Below are positions 37,048 to 54,644 of a stretch of 64,000 nucleotides of DNA, piece by piece; within the stretch, counting starts at the first letter, position 1, and every line of letters begins with the position of its first letter. The translations under genes and the position numbers were made by a program. Under the pieces are notes generated by a model, which was not told where the DNA came from, made no database searches, and saw only the letters and a program-made list of their open reading frames with translations. Source of the DNA: Amoebidium appalachense (taxonomy: Eukaryota > Protista > Ichthyosporea); the NCBI GenBank assembly GCA_963693365.1, contig CAVNZM010000004.1, positions 9,886,468-9,950,467 of the forward strand, written 5' to 3'.

Positions 37048-38810
37048 GACTCCTCTATCTTCCAGACGAGCTTCTTTGCTCCGTTGTCCTCTACCTTCCC
37101 CTCAGCAGTCGGGTTTCCCTCTCCCGTACCTGCTGGCGTCTGAAACATGTTGCACGCCAACCTGCTTCAGGGAAATTTCAGGCAGATCTATTCCGATTAC
37201 TGGATTCTAATCCCGTATTCGTGCAGCACAAGGATGTCTATAAAAACGAATATTTCATCGGCGGGCGTGCGCAGGCATTTGCGGACGCGTGGGGTCCGGT
37301 GGTGGAAGGGTTAAGAATCGACACAACAAATATCATTCCCAGTGAAGGTTACTGCCAGCGTTTCGCAACCCTTTTGGTGGACCTGTCGCGGTTGCTCCAA
37401 AAATTCGAAAATTTGATGGCGGCTGAATTTAAGTTTGCGCTCGAGGGAGACCATGATTCGAAGTTTGGCCTGTTGGCTGCATTGAATGGCCGTTGTTGGC
37501 AAAGACTTCAATCGATCAAAATGGAATCGATCGATCATTGCCGGGGACTAAAGGAGGTGTTTATGGGTCTCCTTTTCCAAAACTTTCCGAACTTGGAAAG
37601 CATGGATTTATGTTGTTGCCGGCTGCCCAAAGAGTATAGAGCGGCGGCCGCAAACCTAAAACGATTGACAATTGGGTATATCTCGGACGACCAGTGGGTT
37701 TTTGATCTGGCGATTGAACACATGCCTAATCTTCAATACCTCGAGGTGCGCGAGGAGACGTCACGCCGATTTCGGCTCGAATCGTTCGATTTTCTGCAAT
37801 ACTGCCCCGATTTGCGTGAATTTCAGGTTGAGATCGCCGGTGCATACGATCGGATTTTTGATGGGGCCCCGTTGGAATACTGCGAAAACCTCGAGGTGTT
37901 CATCGTCACGGAGGCACAGGAAGGAAAATTGAGTGTCTTAATTTCAAACGTACCCCGGCTCCCGGTACTTCGCCATTTGAAATTTCCGGGCGCAGTGCAA
38001 TTTTCAGAGCCTACAGAGCCTACAAACCCCCCCATGCCTCTAAATTACGTCAGTCTCGGGGCCGGAAAACCGTTTATTGCCGAACAGGAAATTGAGTTCG
38101 TCGAAGAATCGAGTGATACCATCGAGTATCTACACATGACAAACGTCGGGTACAACAGACCCCCCCAAATGGAAATGTTTGTAAATCTAACCGTTTTGTC
38201 CATTCTTGACTTTGAATTTCCTCGCGACGGGGATTTCTCCTTGGAGATTTTCCCGAATTTGGTCGATTTGACGGTCGGAGCGTCACCGATTACGAATTTG
38301 GGACCCCGTCCTTCTGCCAGCAAACTGAGACGGATCGCAATACAAGAGTGCCATCAACTCCGAGACATATCGGCGCTTTCCGTTTGCCCAATCGAAGACG
38401 TTACCATATACAAATGCCCAAATTTCAGCGATCTGACGCCAATCGCGGGCCCGAATCTCCGCCTACTAACCCTAAGAACGGTCAAACGGGTCAGTTCGAT
38501 CGAGCCCCTCTTCAAATGCACCAACCTCAGCGTCGTGTTTTTCCGCCACATGAGTTCACTAGACGACATCACCCCCCTCTCCAAATGTCCGTCGTTGAGA
38601 ATTATGACTTTGGCCGATCTCCCCCTTTGGGATATCTTTACGATTTTTGACGCACCTGCGCTTGAAAGGGTTAACGTGTACAATGTCAATGATGAGGGGG
38701 CTTTGACGAGGGCTGAGAGAATGGGCTGGCCTAGCCGCATTGTATTGGAAAAGTTGGATAACCGTGCCTTCTGGCCTGACAACCCGGTGTTTGGCGGTTT
38801 ATTTTGTTGA
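35255..38810 (+). CDS. F-box + leucine-rich-repeat protein, ~606 aa (short first exon plus one 1.77-kb exon)
   Basis: Large exon 37045-38810 follows a (CA)nCAG acceptor and starts with an F-box (LLYLPDELLCSVVLYLPLSSRVSLSRTCWRL), followed by LRR units (FPNLESMDL, MPNLQYLEV, CPDLREFQV, LRDISALSVC, SIEPLFKCTNL, DITPLSKCPSL). A phase-matching first exon is proposed at 35255-35309 (MSATPQACPQPIENAGNE, T|GTATGC); this exon is less certain. Confidence 0.85.
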
Positions 38811-39147
38811 CGGTATGACTATTACCCCCCCCCCCCCCCCCCCCCCTTCCCCATGCCCATCCCCCCCTGCCTCTTCCCCCCCCTCCCCCCTCCTGTGCCC
38901 TCCCCCCCTTCATCTCTTTCTTCCCCCCTTTGCCCTTCTTTTCCCACGAGGGCTACCACCGCGCCCGTGCATGCAGGCACGCTCGACATTCCCCCCCCCC
39001 CCCCCCCCCCCCTGCTCCCTCCCCCCGAAACACACACACACACGCACACACACACACCCCTCCATGCCTCCCCTTAAACCCCCTTCCCCCCCCCCCCCCC
39101 CCCCCCCCTCCCCCCCCCTCCTTCCCCCAGCACACACCACACTCACA

Positions 39148-39235
<88 letters not shown>

Positions 39236-39482
39236 AGAGAAAGCACCCACACATTGTCGAGACACGTTAAAGAAACACACACACGTAAGTTAGCCCTACC
39301 CCGGAGTCCATCCCCAAACACACCCGTTGGGTCTTTATTTTGCATATGCTGACATGCTGGTGGGCAGCAGGTGGAGGTGGCTGCAGAGTGTGGAGACCAA
39401 CACGGGAGATATACATGAAATTTGGGAAATACATGAGATGTGGGTGTTGAGGCTACGCGCTCTTTCCATATTTCGGCCTTTT

Positions 39483-39518
<36 letters not shown>

Positions 39519-39883
39519 TTTTTTTTTTTGTCACCACGCACGTGCACGCAGCCGGCCACAGACACATGTGCCAGGGTTGATATTGATGTTTGGCTCGGAT
39601 TTCTCTGTCAAATTTATTCTTTTTGTCTGCCCGTATTGTGCTAATATGCAGATAATGGTGTTCTCCTCTAAAGTGTTTTGGGAAATACTACTGTACGATA
39701 CTTATTTCTTAGCAGCGTGTTGTCAAAATATCTTCTTCCGTTTGTTTATGGTAATAGCCCAGGTTACTTACATTTTTACAGTGCATTATAATAGTGTCTC
39801 TCCAACAGGTGACTAGGTTGCCTATAGTATGTCTTAATGTCTGTATCTGCTTGCGGCTACAGTCCTAGCTGTATCATAATGAT

Positions 39884-39924
<41 letters not shown>

Positions 39925-40646
39925 GTTACAGTACCAACATGTGAAGTGTAGCTAGTGCGAATAGCAATATGTAAATGTAACTGCCGAGTTAATCAAATAA
40001 ATAAGGACGAATATACACTAGTTTCCTTTAATATCTACATAATATTATGTGGAATCGCTTTTAGCCATCGTTCCCTATAGTTGCTTGGTGTTCTCAGCAA
40101 TTCTCTCCTTTCTGCTACTTTTTCCTCATGATAACTTAGTGGGTTTCTGTTTGTCTTTCTTGTCTGAGCTTCCACCAACGTACATGAACGGTGGTGCATT
40201 TCGGTGCATATGTATCCTGTAATTTGGTCGCAGATTTATTACGCGCGCGTGTGTGTGTTTGTGTGTGTGTGTGTGTGCGCGCGCACGCGTGTGTGTGTGT
40301 GTGTCTAGATCTGTGTGTGTGTTTGTGGCTGAGGAGGAGAATTCCGGGGGGGGATGGGGGGTGTGGATATTGTAGGCATGACATCGTATGATATCATACG
40401 TATCACAAAATGAAGCACCGGGCAGTGAAAAAATATGATGACCATAAGCCATCAATTGCACATATAATTCCAGTCCATGCAGGGAATACGAGAGACTCAT
40501 ATTGCTGCATCAGTATTTATTTATAGGCACACTGTCATCATTCATACATGCTGTTCCAACATGATCATTGCCCTCCCACTTCCTCCTTTCCTTCCCACCG
40601 GGAAGAAAAAAAAAGGGGGGGGGGGGGGGGGGGGAGGGGGGGAGGG

Positions 40647-40791
40647 CAGTAACTGTTTCTCCGCACTTTACCCAGATACATATATCCCCCATCCCCCATC
40701 CCCCTGGGGGGGGGGGAGGGGGGAGGGGGGGGGGGGGGGGGGGGGGCCAGTAAGTGTTTCTCCGCACTTTACCCAGATACATATATCCCCC
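40647..40791. repeat. 44-bp direct repeat (2 copies, 101-bp period), each between a G-run and a C-run
   Basis: CAGTAA(C/G)TGTTTCTCCGCACTTTACCCAGATACATATATCCCCC at 40647 and 40748. Confidence 0.85.
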
Positions 40792-40837
40792 ACCCCCATC
40801 CCCCCCCCCCCCCCCTCCCCCCCCCCCCCCCCCCCCA

Positions 40838-40873
<36 letters not shown>

Positions 40874-40976
40874 CCCCAAAAATAAGAACTCGAGCACATG
40901 ATCATGCATGAGGGCATTCATGAGATCTGACTTACGATAATAGCAAATAGAATTCCCATTCGTACCTTTCATACCT

Positions 40977-41107
40977 AGGGCCACATTCCATATTTGGCAT
41001 CACCATCCATATTTCGTGCCACATTCTATATTTGGTACCACCTTCCATATTAGGTACCACCTTCCTTTTTTAGCACCACCTTCCCTATATGGCACCAGCT
41101 TCCATAT

Positions 41108-41109
<2 letters not shown>
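40977..41109. repeat. 19-bp minisatellite, ~7 degenerate copies, at the ZCCHC17 stop codon and 3'UTR
   Basis: Consensus GGCACCACCTTCCATATTT; units end at 40995, 41014, 41033, 41052, 41071, 41090 and 41109. Confidence 0.85.
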
Positions 41110-47260
<6,151 letters not shown>

Positions 47261-48765
47261 CTTGATAAACTAACTCCTTATCACTTTAGGAGAAAGTAAG
47301 CAAATTATATAGCAAATTCCAAATGTTATGTCCAATCGCACTCCTTATTTCTCTGTAAACCCTAGTTGCTGTTAGGATCGTGAGTTGTTGAGTTGCGTTG
47401 TCTACTCTCCACCCCAGATTCTTTCACACTGAACTGAAGTCTGAAGGGCAGTTTTCGAATAGCCAAATAAAGCAATTAGTTTTGCGCTTTTACTATATTT
47501 AGTTATTCAGATAACTTTTGATTGGCGAAGAACGTACCATTGCTTTGAATCAAACATTCTACCCTCACCAATTCACGGTTGACAAACAGTCAGCTCCCCG
47601 CTAAAAGATTATCTCAGTTCTCACCTCCTCCTTCTCATGTTACTCACCCGTTACTGATCATTGCTTTCCGAGCTTTTGGTTTTTTGGACTTTCTTCTACC
47701 TCACTGCTCTTCACGAGGGCTCTTTTTCCCAGCAATACACTTCAAGGAAAACCACAGAGTGAATTCTCATTTACTGCATCAGTACTGGGGACGTCCTGTT
47801 ACGTTATGTTAAAAGCTGGTCTGCCTGAGTCGTGCACCCCACACCAAAGGACCTCTGCTGTCCATTGACACGATAAATTTCTTTTGCCCAGGCAAACTGC
47901 TTTTTTTGAAAGTAGCATCTGGGTGGTCAAGTAATCTCACTACGACATACTGACGAGCTACATTTAACGGAGTTACGGAAAATGGGTAAGTATGAAGTCC
48001 TAAGTGATACAACGCACAGACCACCCCTGATCAATGAACTGGCGCGTGGTCACGTTGCAAACCGGCTGCACGAATGCACAAAACCTACAGTTGCCATGGT
48101 CAGGTCACTGGAAAATGGACATGCGCATGTGCGTGCATGTTTGAACACACACACACACACACACACAAAACTTTAAGTTAAAAGGACACCCACTGGCAAC
48201 GTCCACACATACAGAGATGTGGTGAGAGTTGGGTGGGAGAGATAATTGAAAGAAGTAACGAGACTCTCAATCATCCTGCGTACACACACATACTTGGGCA
48301 ATTCAAGAATACCATAAACCTTGGCAAAGAATACCCTGGTATTCCCCTCTCCCCCTCCCCCCCTCAAGCACACACTCATACACACATCCGCACAGACATG
48401 TGTAAATGCTTTCACGAAAAATGCCCGCGCGCGCTCTCACATACAAGCGCACTCTCAAACAAAATCACGCATGAATGCTCGTGTGCGCACACACATACAC
48501 ACAGAGAGCATTATTTCACACCTTTTTTTTTTCATTTCGTGATCACCCGTCCCTCCCTCACCCCTCATCCTTTTGAACTTCTCCCCTCTTCCCCCACCCC
48601 CCTGGCACACTCACACACACATACACAAACACACACTCACACTCACACACTCACACACACTCACACACACTCACACTCACTCACTCACTCACTCACTCCC
48701 CCCCCCCCCCACACACACACACACGCACACACACATGCACACACACACACAACAAATACTTCACC

Positions 48766-49252
48766 ATGGCCACAGTGGTCAAGTTTGCCAGTGATGCCAC
48801 GGAGCATGACACGGACAATGTGTTTACGGAGGAAGATCTCCAGTCTAGTCCCGAACTTCACTTCGGGCTGATCAAAAGCAACAGGACCTATCGGTTGGAC
48901 TTCACGGGTATGTTTTGGTTTACCCGTCTGATCTTGTGGTTTGCTAAAAAAAGAATCGATTTAAAAAAGGTGGTTGTGGCAATGGTGAATGTGGTGGCGG
49001 TGTTTGAGTGTGTGTGTGTGTGTGTGTGTGCAGGGGAGGGGGTGTTTGAGTGGGGGAGCCGAAAGGGGGGGGGAAGGGGGGGGGGGGGGGGGGGAAGAGG
49101 GAAGGGGAGGGAGGGAGGCGTGGCGTGGGTGGGTAGTAAGGGAATGCAAGAGCCGCTTTGGAATATGTTTTTCCTTTTATTTTTCTGCCTTTTCCCAATA
49201 CTCCACCTCTTTTGGTTTTTATTTTATTTTCTCTCTTTTTTTCTTGTTCTTT

Positions 49253-49284
<32 letters not shown>

Positions 49285-49575
49285 TTCTTTCTTTTTTTTT
49301 TTTTTGTGTGTGTGTGTGTGTGTGTGGGTGGGGAGGGGGGAGGGGGGGGGGGGGGGGGGGGGGGGGAAGGGTGGATTGTTTTTTCTGGTGTCACGGGTTC
49401 ACTAGGTCTTTGCCCTTATAAACATCATGAAAATCGCAAAGAAGGGTGCGAGGGATACGAGAAAGTGCTGATAGGCGTTTGGGTGAATGAAGACTGGTCT
49501 TTCATCAATTGGACGGTTTCGGGGGACTGCAATTAGTTACTCTGGTGCTTCGTCGGAGAAAGGGGGTGGGTGGGT

Positions 49576-49609
<34 letters not shown>

Positions 49610-49713
49610 GAGAGAGAGATTCTGTCTTTTCGTTTTCCTTCTATGTCATTGCTTTGTATGTTTATTGCTTTCATTTTTAGTTTTTTGTTTCATTGTAATT
49701 TTTTTTTTTTTTT

Positions 49714-49744
<31 letters not shown>

Positions 49745-50000
49745 GGGGGGGTGGATGGCAGGTGTGTGTGTGCGCGCGCGCGCGTGTGTGTGTGTGGTGT
49801 GTGTGTGTGTTGTGTGTGAATAACCGGGTTTTTTTTTGGGGGGGGGGGGGGGGGGGGGGAGGGGGGGAGGGGGGGTGTCACATCATATGGCTGTGCGCTA
49901 CAGTTATCCATGAAACTAATTGTCTTCCAACACCCGCCCTTAGACCTATCCACACACCTTCGCGCGTGCGTGCGCGCGCACACGCAGACACACGCACATG

Positions 50001-50043
<43 letters not shown>

Positions 50044-50155
50044 AGTCAAGAGCACACAGGAGGTAGAGATTGTGCCATCACGATCACCAACAATGGCCCT
50101 TCGTGAGGTATGCAGATGACTCATAACGTCTGGACGTTAGAACTGTGCACCTTCC

Positions 50156-50220
<65 letters not shown>

Positions 50221-50935
50221 GGAAAGGAAAAGAAACAGAAAAAAAGAAAAAAGAAAGAAGGGGCAAAAAAGTTATAAAAAAAACGTCCATTCACCTCCCA
50301 CACGAAGTCACCCATGTTGGATGCCGTTATCTGAGCACTTCGATAAGTTCCTCGGATTTTTTTCCAATCCTTGTCCCCTTAAGCCCCCCCCCCCCCTCCC
50401 CCCCCCTCCCCCCTCCCCTCCTCCTCATCTTCCCCCCTTTTGGTAGGGTTTGTTTGCTTCATGGTGCATAGCAGCTTAAGGGCCTAGGTGGGGTTGGCAC
50501 GTTCTAGATACACCTGGGGCAAAAGCCGAAAAAAGACTTGTGTGTGTGTCCTTGTGTCTGACTGCACTTTGCATGCATGTGTTGATGTCTACCTGTATGA
50601 GCGTGCTTGCAAGTTTGTGCGCGAGTTGCTGCACCTTGTTCACATGGTTCGTGTGTGTGTGCGTGTGTTTGATGAAGATAGAGAAGAAAGAAAAAGAGAG
50701 AGGGGGGGAGAGAGAGTGTGTGTGTGTGTGTATGCGTGTGTTTGATGAAAATAGAGAAGAAAGAAAAAGAGAGAGGGGGGGGGGGGAGAGAGAGTGTGTG
50801 TGTGTGTGCGCGCATGTTTGATGAAGATAGAGAAGAAAGAAAAAGAGAGAGGGGGGGGGGAGAGTGTGTGTGTGTTTGTGTGTGCGTGTTTGATGAAGAT
50901 AGAGAAGAAAGGAAAAGAGGGGGGGGGGGGGGGAG

Positions 50936-50982
<47 letters not shown>

Positions 50983-51681
50983 GTGTCTGTGTGTCTGTCT
51001 ATGTGTGTGTGTGTACTTGTGCATGCCAGGTGCATGCCACACAGTGTGCATCAACTCTGACCCATATATCCCTGTTGTGTGTGTTCACAGGTTGAGGGTG
51101 TGGAGGGACCATCCAGGGTGTTCCAGGTACGATTGGAGACATTGACAGAGGGCCACGTGGCAGACACAGTCACCATCAGAGTCGGCCAAAAGGTTCTAAT
51201 CCCCCCCTCCCTCCCCCCCCCCCCCCCCCCCCCCCTCCCCCCCTTCTCCCTTCCCGTTCCCCCCTCCCTGCCCCCCCCTTCCCCTCCCCTCCTTCCCCCA
51301 GCCCACCGACCAGCCCAGCTCAGAAAAATGAAACTGGAAAGAAAAGTCGCCCCCCCCCCCCCCCCCCCTTTGTGTGTGTGTGTGTGTGTGTGTGTGTCTG
51401 TGTGTATGTGTGTTGGGGGGGGGGGGGGGGGGGGGGGGGGAGGGGGGTGGGGGGGGCAGGGGGATTTCACAGGAAAATCCGGTAGGCAGAATAGGCGGTG
51501 GTGTGTCTTGAAGGAGGCAGGGAAATCCCGGCCGTAGACTCAGTGCCATGTATGTGCCCCCCGTAAAGATGGGGGGGGGGGGGGGGGGGGGGGAGGGGGG
51601 AGGATGTTGGTAATAATAATCTTGACAAGCTCGGTAAGATGATAAGATGATGGTGATAAGATCGGACCTTGGGGCTCGAGG

Positions 51682-51722
<41 letters not shown>

Positions 51723-51804
51723 CTTCTGTGCCTCTTAACAAAATAAAAAGGCACAGAGGCCACAAGAAGCCATAGACCTCCCCCCCCCCCCCCCCCCCCC
51801 CCCA

Positions 51805-51836
<32 letters not shown>

Positions 51837-51957
51837 AAACGAAAGGAAAAAGGGAAAGGAGGGGAAGGGATGGGGGAGGAGGGGGAGGCGGGCGGGGACG
51901 ACCTCACTCTGAGGGGGAAAACCACAGAAAGTCGTCACATTCAGTGAAGATCTGACA

Positions 51958-51997
<40 letters not shown>

Positions 51998-52128
51998 AGA
52001 TACCCATCACCGTTAAAGCCACGATCATGGGCAAGAATGCAGGCACCCCTCTGCTCAAAAAGGGTGTTCGGTGTGTGCACGTGCACAGCGGCAGCGATGA
52101 GGAGACAGAGTGGTCGGGCTTCGATTGA
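48766..52128 (+). CDS. C20orf27: UPF0687 / C20orf27 (ADISSP) homologue, 4 exons, ~145 aa
   Basis: Exons 48766-48907, 50046-50107, 51091-51192, 51997-52128 join in phase (438 nt). The C-terminus [22 protein letters not shown]...[10 protein letters not shown] resembles the conserved C20orf27 end (GTPxLxxGVxCV...WxGFD, recalled, not searched). N-terminal VVKF motif. Confidence 0.85.
50667..50975. repeat. ~73-bp compound minisatellite, 4 copies, in C20orf27 intron 2
   Basis: GTTTGATGAAGATAGAGAAGAAAGAAAAAGAGAGAG-Gn-AGAGAG-(TG)n, starting at 50667, 50740, 50816 and 50888. Confidence 0.85.
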
Positions 52129-52360
52129 AGAGGAATGATAGTGTGTGTGTGTGCGTGTGTGCGTGTGGGTGTGGGGGTGTGGATGTGTGGGTGTGTGTGT
52201 AGGAGTGAGAGGGGAGGGGGGGGGGGGGGGAGGGGGGGGAGGCATCTTTGGAATTTCGAAGGCACACCTGTTTGTGTGAAAGTTTGGGGGGAGGAGATAT
52301 TGGATGAAGGAGGTCGTTGTTCGGTGGAGAGTGTTTGGTTTCTGATGGGACAGTGTTGGT

Positions 52361-52415
<55 letters not shown>

Positions 52416-52751
52416 GGATCATTTGGATAGACCGTTTTTCGGGCTAGTGGTGGATAGCCTTTTTGTTTTTTGTGGGTCAAGTGTGTTGATTAGATACTAC
52501 TTGATATTTAGGCCATATATGTCCCACCTGCAGCCTGCATCCGAATGACTAGAAAATGTCCCACAAGCAGGGGGGGAGGGGGGGGGGGAGGGGGGGGGGG
52601 GGGGGGGGGGGGGGAGGGGGGGGGGGGAGAGGGGGGGGGGGGGGGGGGGGTATTTCAATCGCGAATGGCTTCTAATCTGCCTTGTGTTTTCTGCGAGTGT
52701 GTTTGAAAGATGCCCACGATGTGTATATGTGTGCGTAGATGTGCAGTGCAG

Positions 52752-52793
<42 letters not shown>

Positions 52794-53403
52794 GGCAATG
52801 GGATATTTCAGTGATCGATGATGACAAAAGTAATATGCAGGTTCTTTGGCCTTAGTTGTTAGTCTATGGAATCCGAAGACATGATGTTTCGGACAGGGGT
52901 GTTATTGTGCATGCACAAGGATCTGGGGCAAAAATTCCTGGGGCATGCAGCAAATAAAACCATGCACGAAGCACGATGCTGAACTTACCATTGGTAAGCA
53001 GCTCCTGTAGAGACCTATATAATGCCACCCTCCCCCCTCCCCCTCCCCCTCCCCCCCCCCCCCCCCGCCACATACACACACACACAAATCCGGTAACTGT
53101 CACACACACACATACACCCACTAATTCTGGCCGAACCTAGTCGCTTTGTGAGTGTTGTCTCCCCGCGGCCTCTCTGACATAAGTTCTACGTCGCCGCTGT
53201 GTAGCATGTCCTGGCCTATTGCGTTAGCAAGCGGATACAAGCCTAATTAGAAGGGTAAAATAATAGGCGACCACTCAGTAACACGCGCGCACGCACACTT
53301 GTCATACAAGAAACGCACACACCTGCACACACGCGCGCGCACACACGCACACACACGCACACACGCGCACATGCACACTCACACACACACGCACGCACAC
53401 ACG

Positions 53404-53448
<45 letters not shown>

Positions 53449-54149
53449 GCGCGCGCGCACACACGCACAGACCCGCTTGGCCGCACGTGTGCCGGAATCA
53501 TGCATGATTCATGATTCAGAATCATGAAACTGATTGGCTAAATTCGCATCACCTAAACGGAGGGGGTGCGAACTTTTCTACAAAAGCTTGGGTCACAAAC
53601 AGAAATACTTGGCCATGCTGTGCATGAAATAATATAACTAATGCAAGTATTGCTACATATATCTATTTGTTTAGTTGTAACCTGTTAAAGGGCTGAATGG
53701 TGTCAAAACACAAGAGGAAGTCACTATTATTCTGTACTGATATCATGAAGTAAATAAATGTTTACTTCTTTCTATCCTGAAATTAGGTATCCAATCGCTT
53801 TCTCCTTATTGGCTTAACCAATCACAAATCGTCCAAAATTGTAAATAAAGAAGCATTTTTTTCCGCTTTCCCGGTCGGCGGAACCTGCAGTAGGGAATCT
53901 GAGGGCCGGAGAGAATAGGAGAGGGCATGTGCAATACATAGTGTCCACTTGGCTTTTTGTGTGTGACAATCAACATAAACGCTCAGCACACAAAGCCGGA
54001 TCGTATGAATTGCGAGCAACTGTATAGTTACATGCCGAAAACGTAGTGTAATTCTGAGTAACTGTTCCTTGAATGCCATACATCGATATCTCGCTCGACA
54101 AACCATCTGTACTAATAATTTTTTAAAGGAAATATAAACAGGGGACAAA

Positions 54150-54576
54150 ATGGAGAGGGTTGTAATTGACGTTTCGCTCCCTGACGTGGATGCCCTCAGC
54201 AGTGAAAACGTGCGACTGAAGGCTACGGTGGTTCGCCTGGAAACACAGTTGGCGCTGACACGGTGAGTGAATTTATCCATACTTCATTTCATGAACACAC
54301 GCCCTACCAGTATGATTTTGCTGCAGTTGGCTGTTACTAAGAGTTTTGAACTTTGGTACACCTGCTCGTGTGCATGGCGGCGCTGTGTTCGGAAACCGAT
54401 AGGCTTCTTGGAGGTGCGTGCATAACTGATTGAGGAGAGATGTCGTGTGATCGTCCATATGTGGATATGTGTTTGTGTGTGTGTTTTTGTCACACGATTT
54501 GTATGAGGATGTGTGTGTGCGCGCGCGCGTGTGCGTGTGTGCATGCGTGCGCTGCGTGCGTGTGTGTGTGTGTGGC

Positions 54577-54644
<68 letters not shown>

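Noticed and set aside
50667-50975. CRISPR-like appearance of repeats with variable intervening sequence
   Set aside because: Intervening parts are simple G/(TG)n runs rather than unique spacers; eukaryotic intron; no cas genes.
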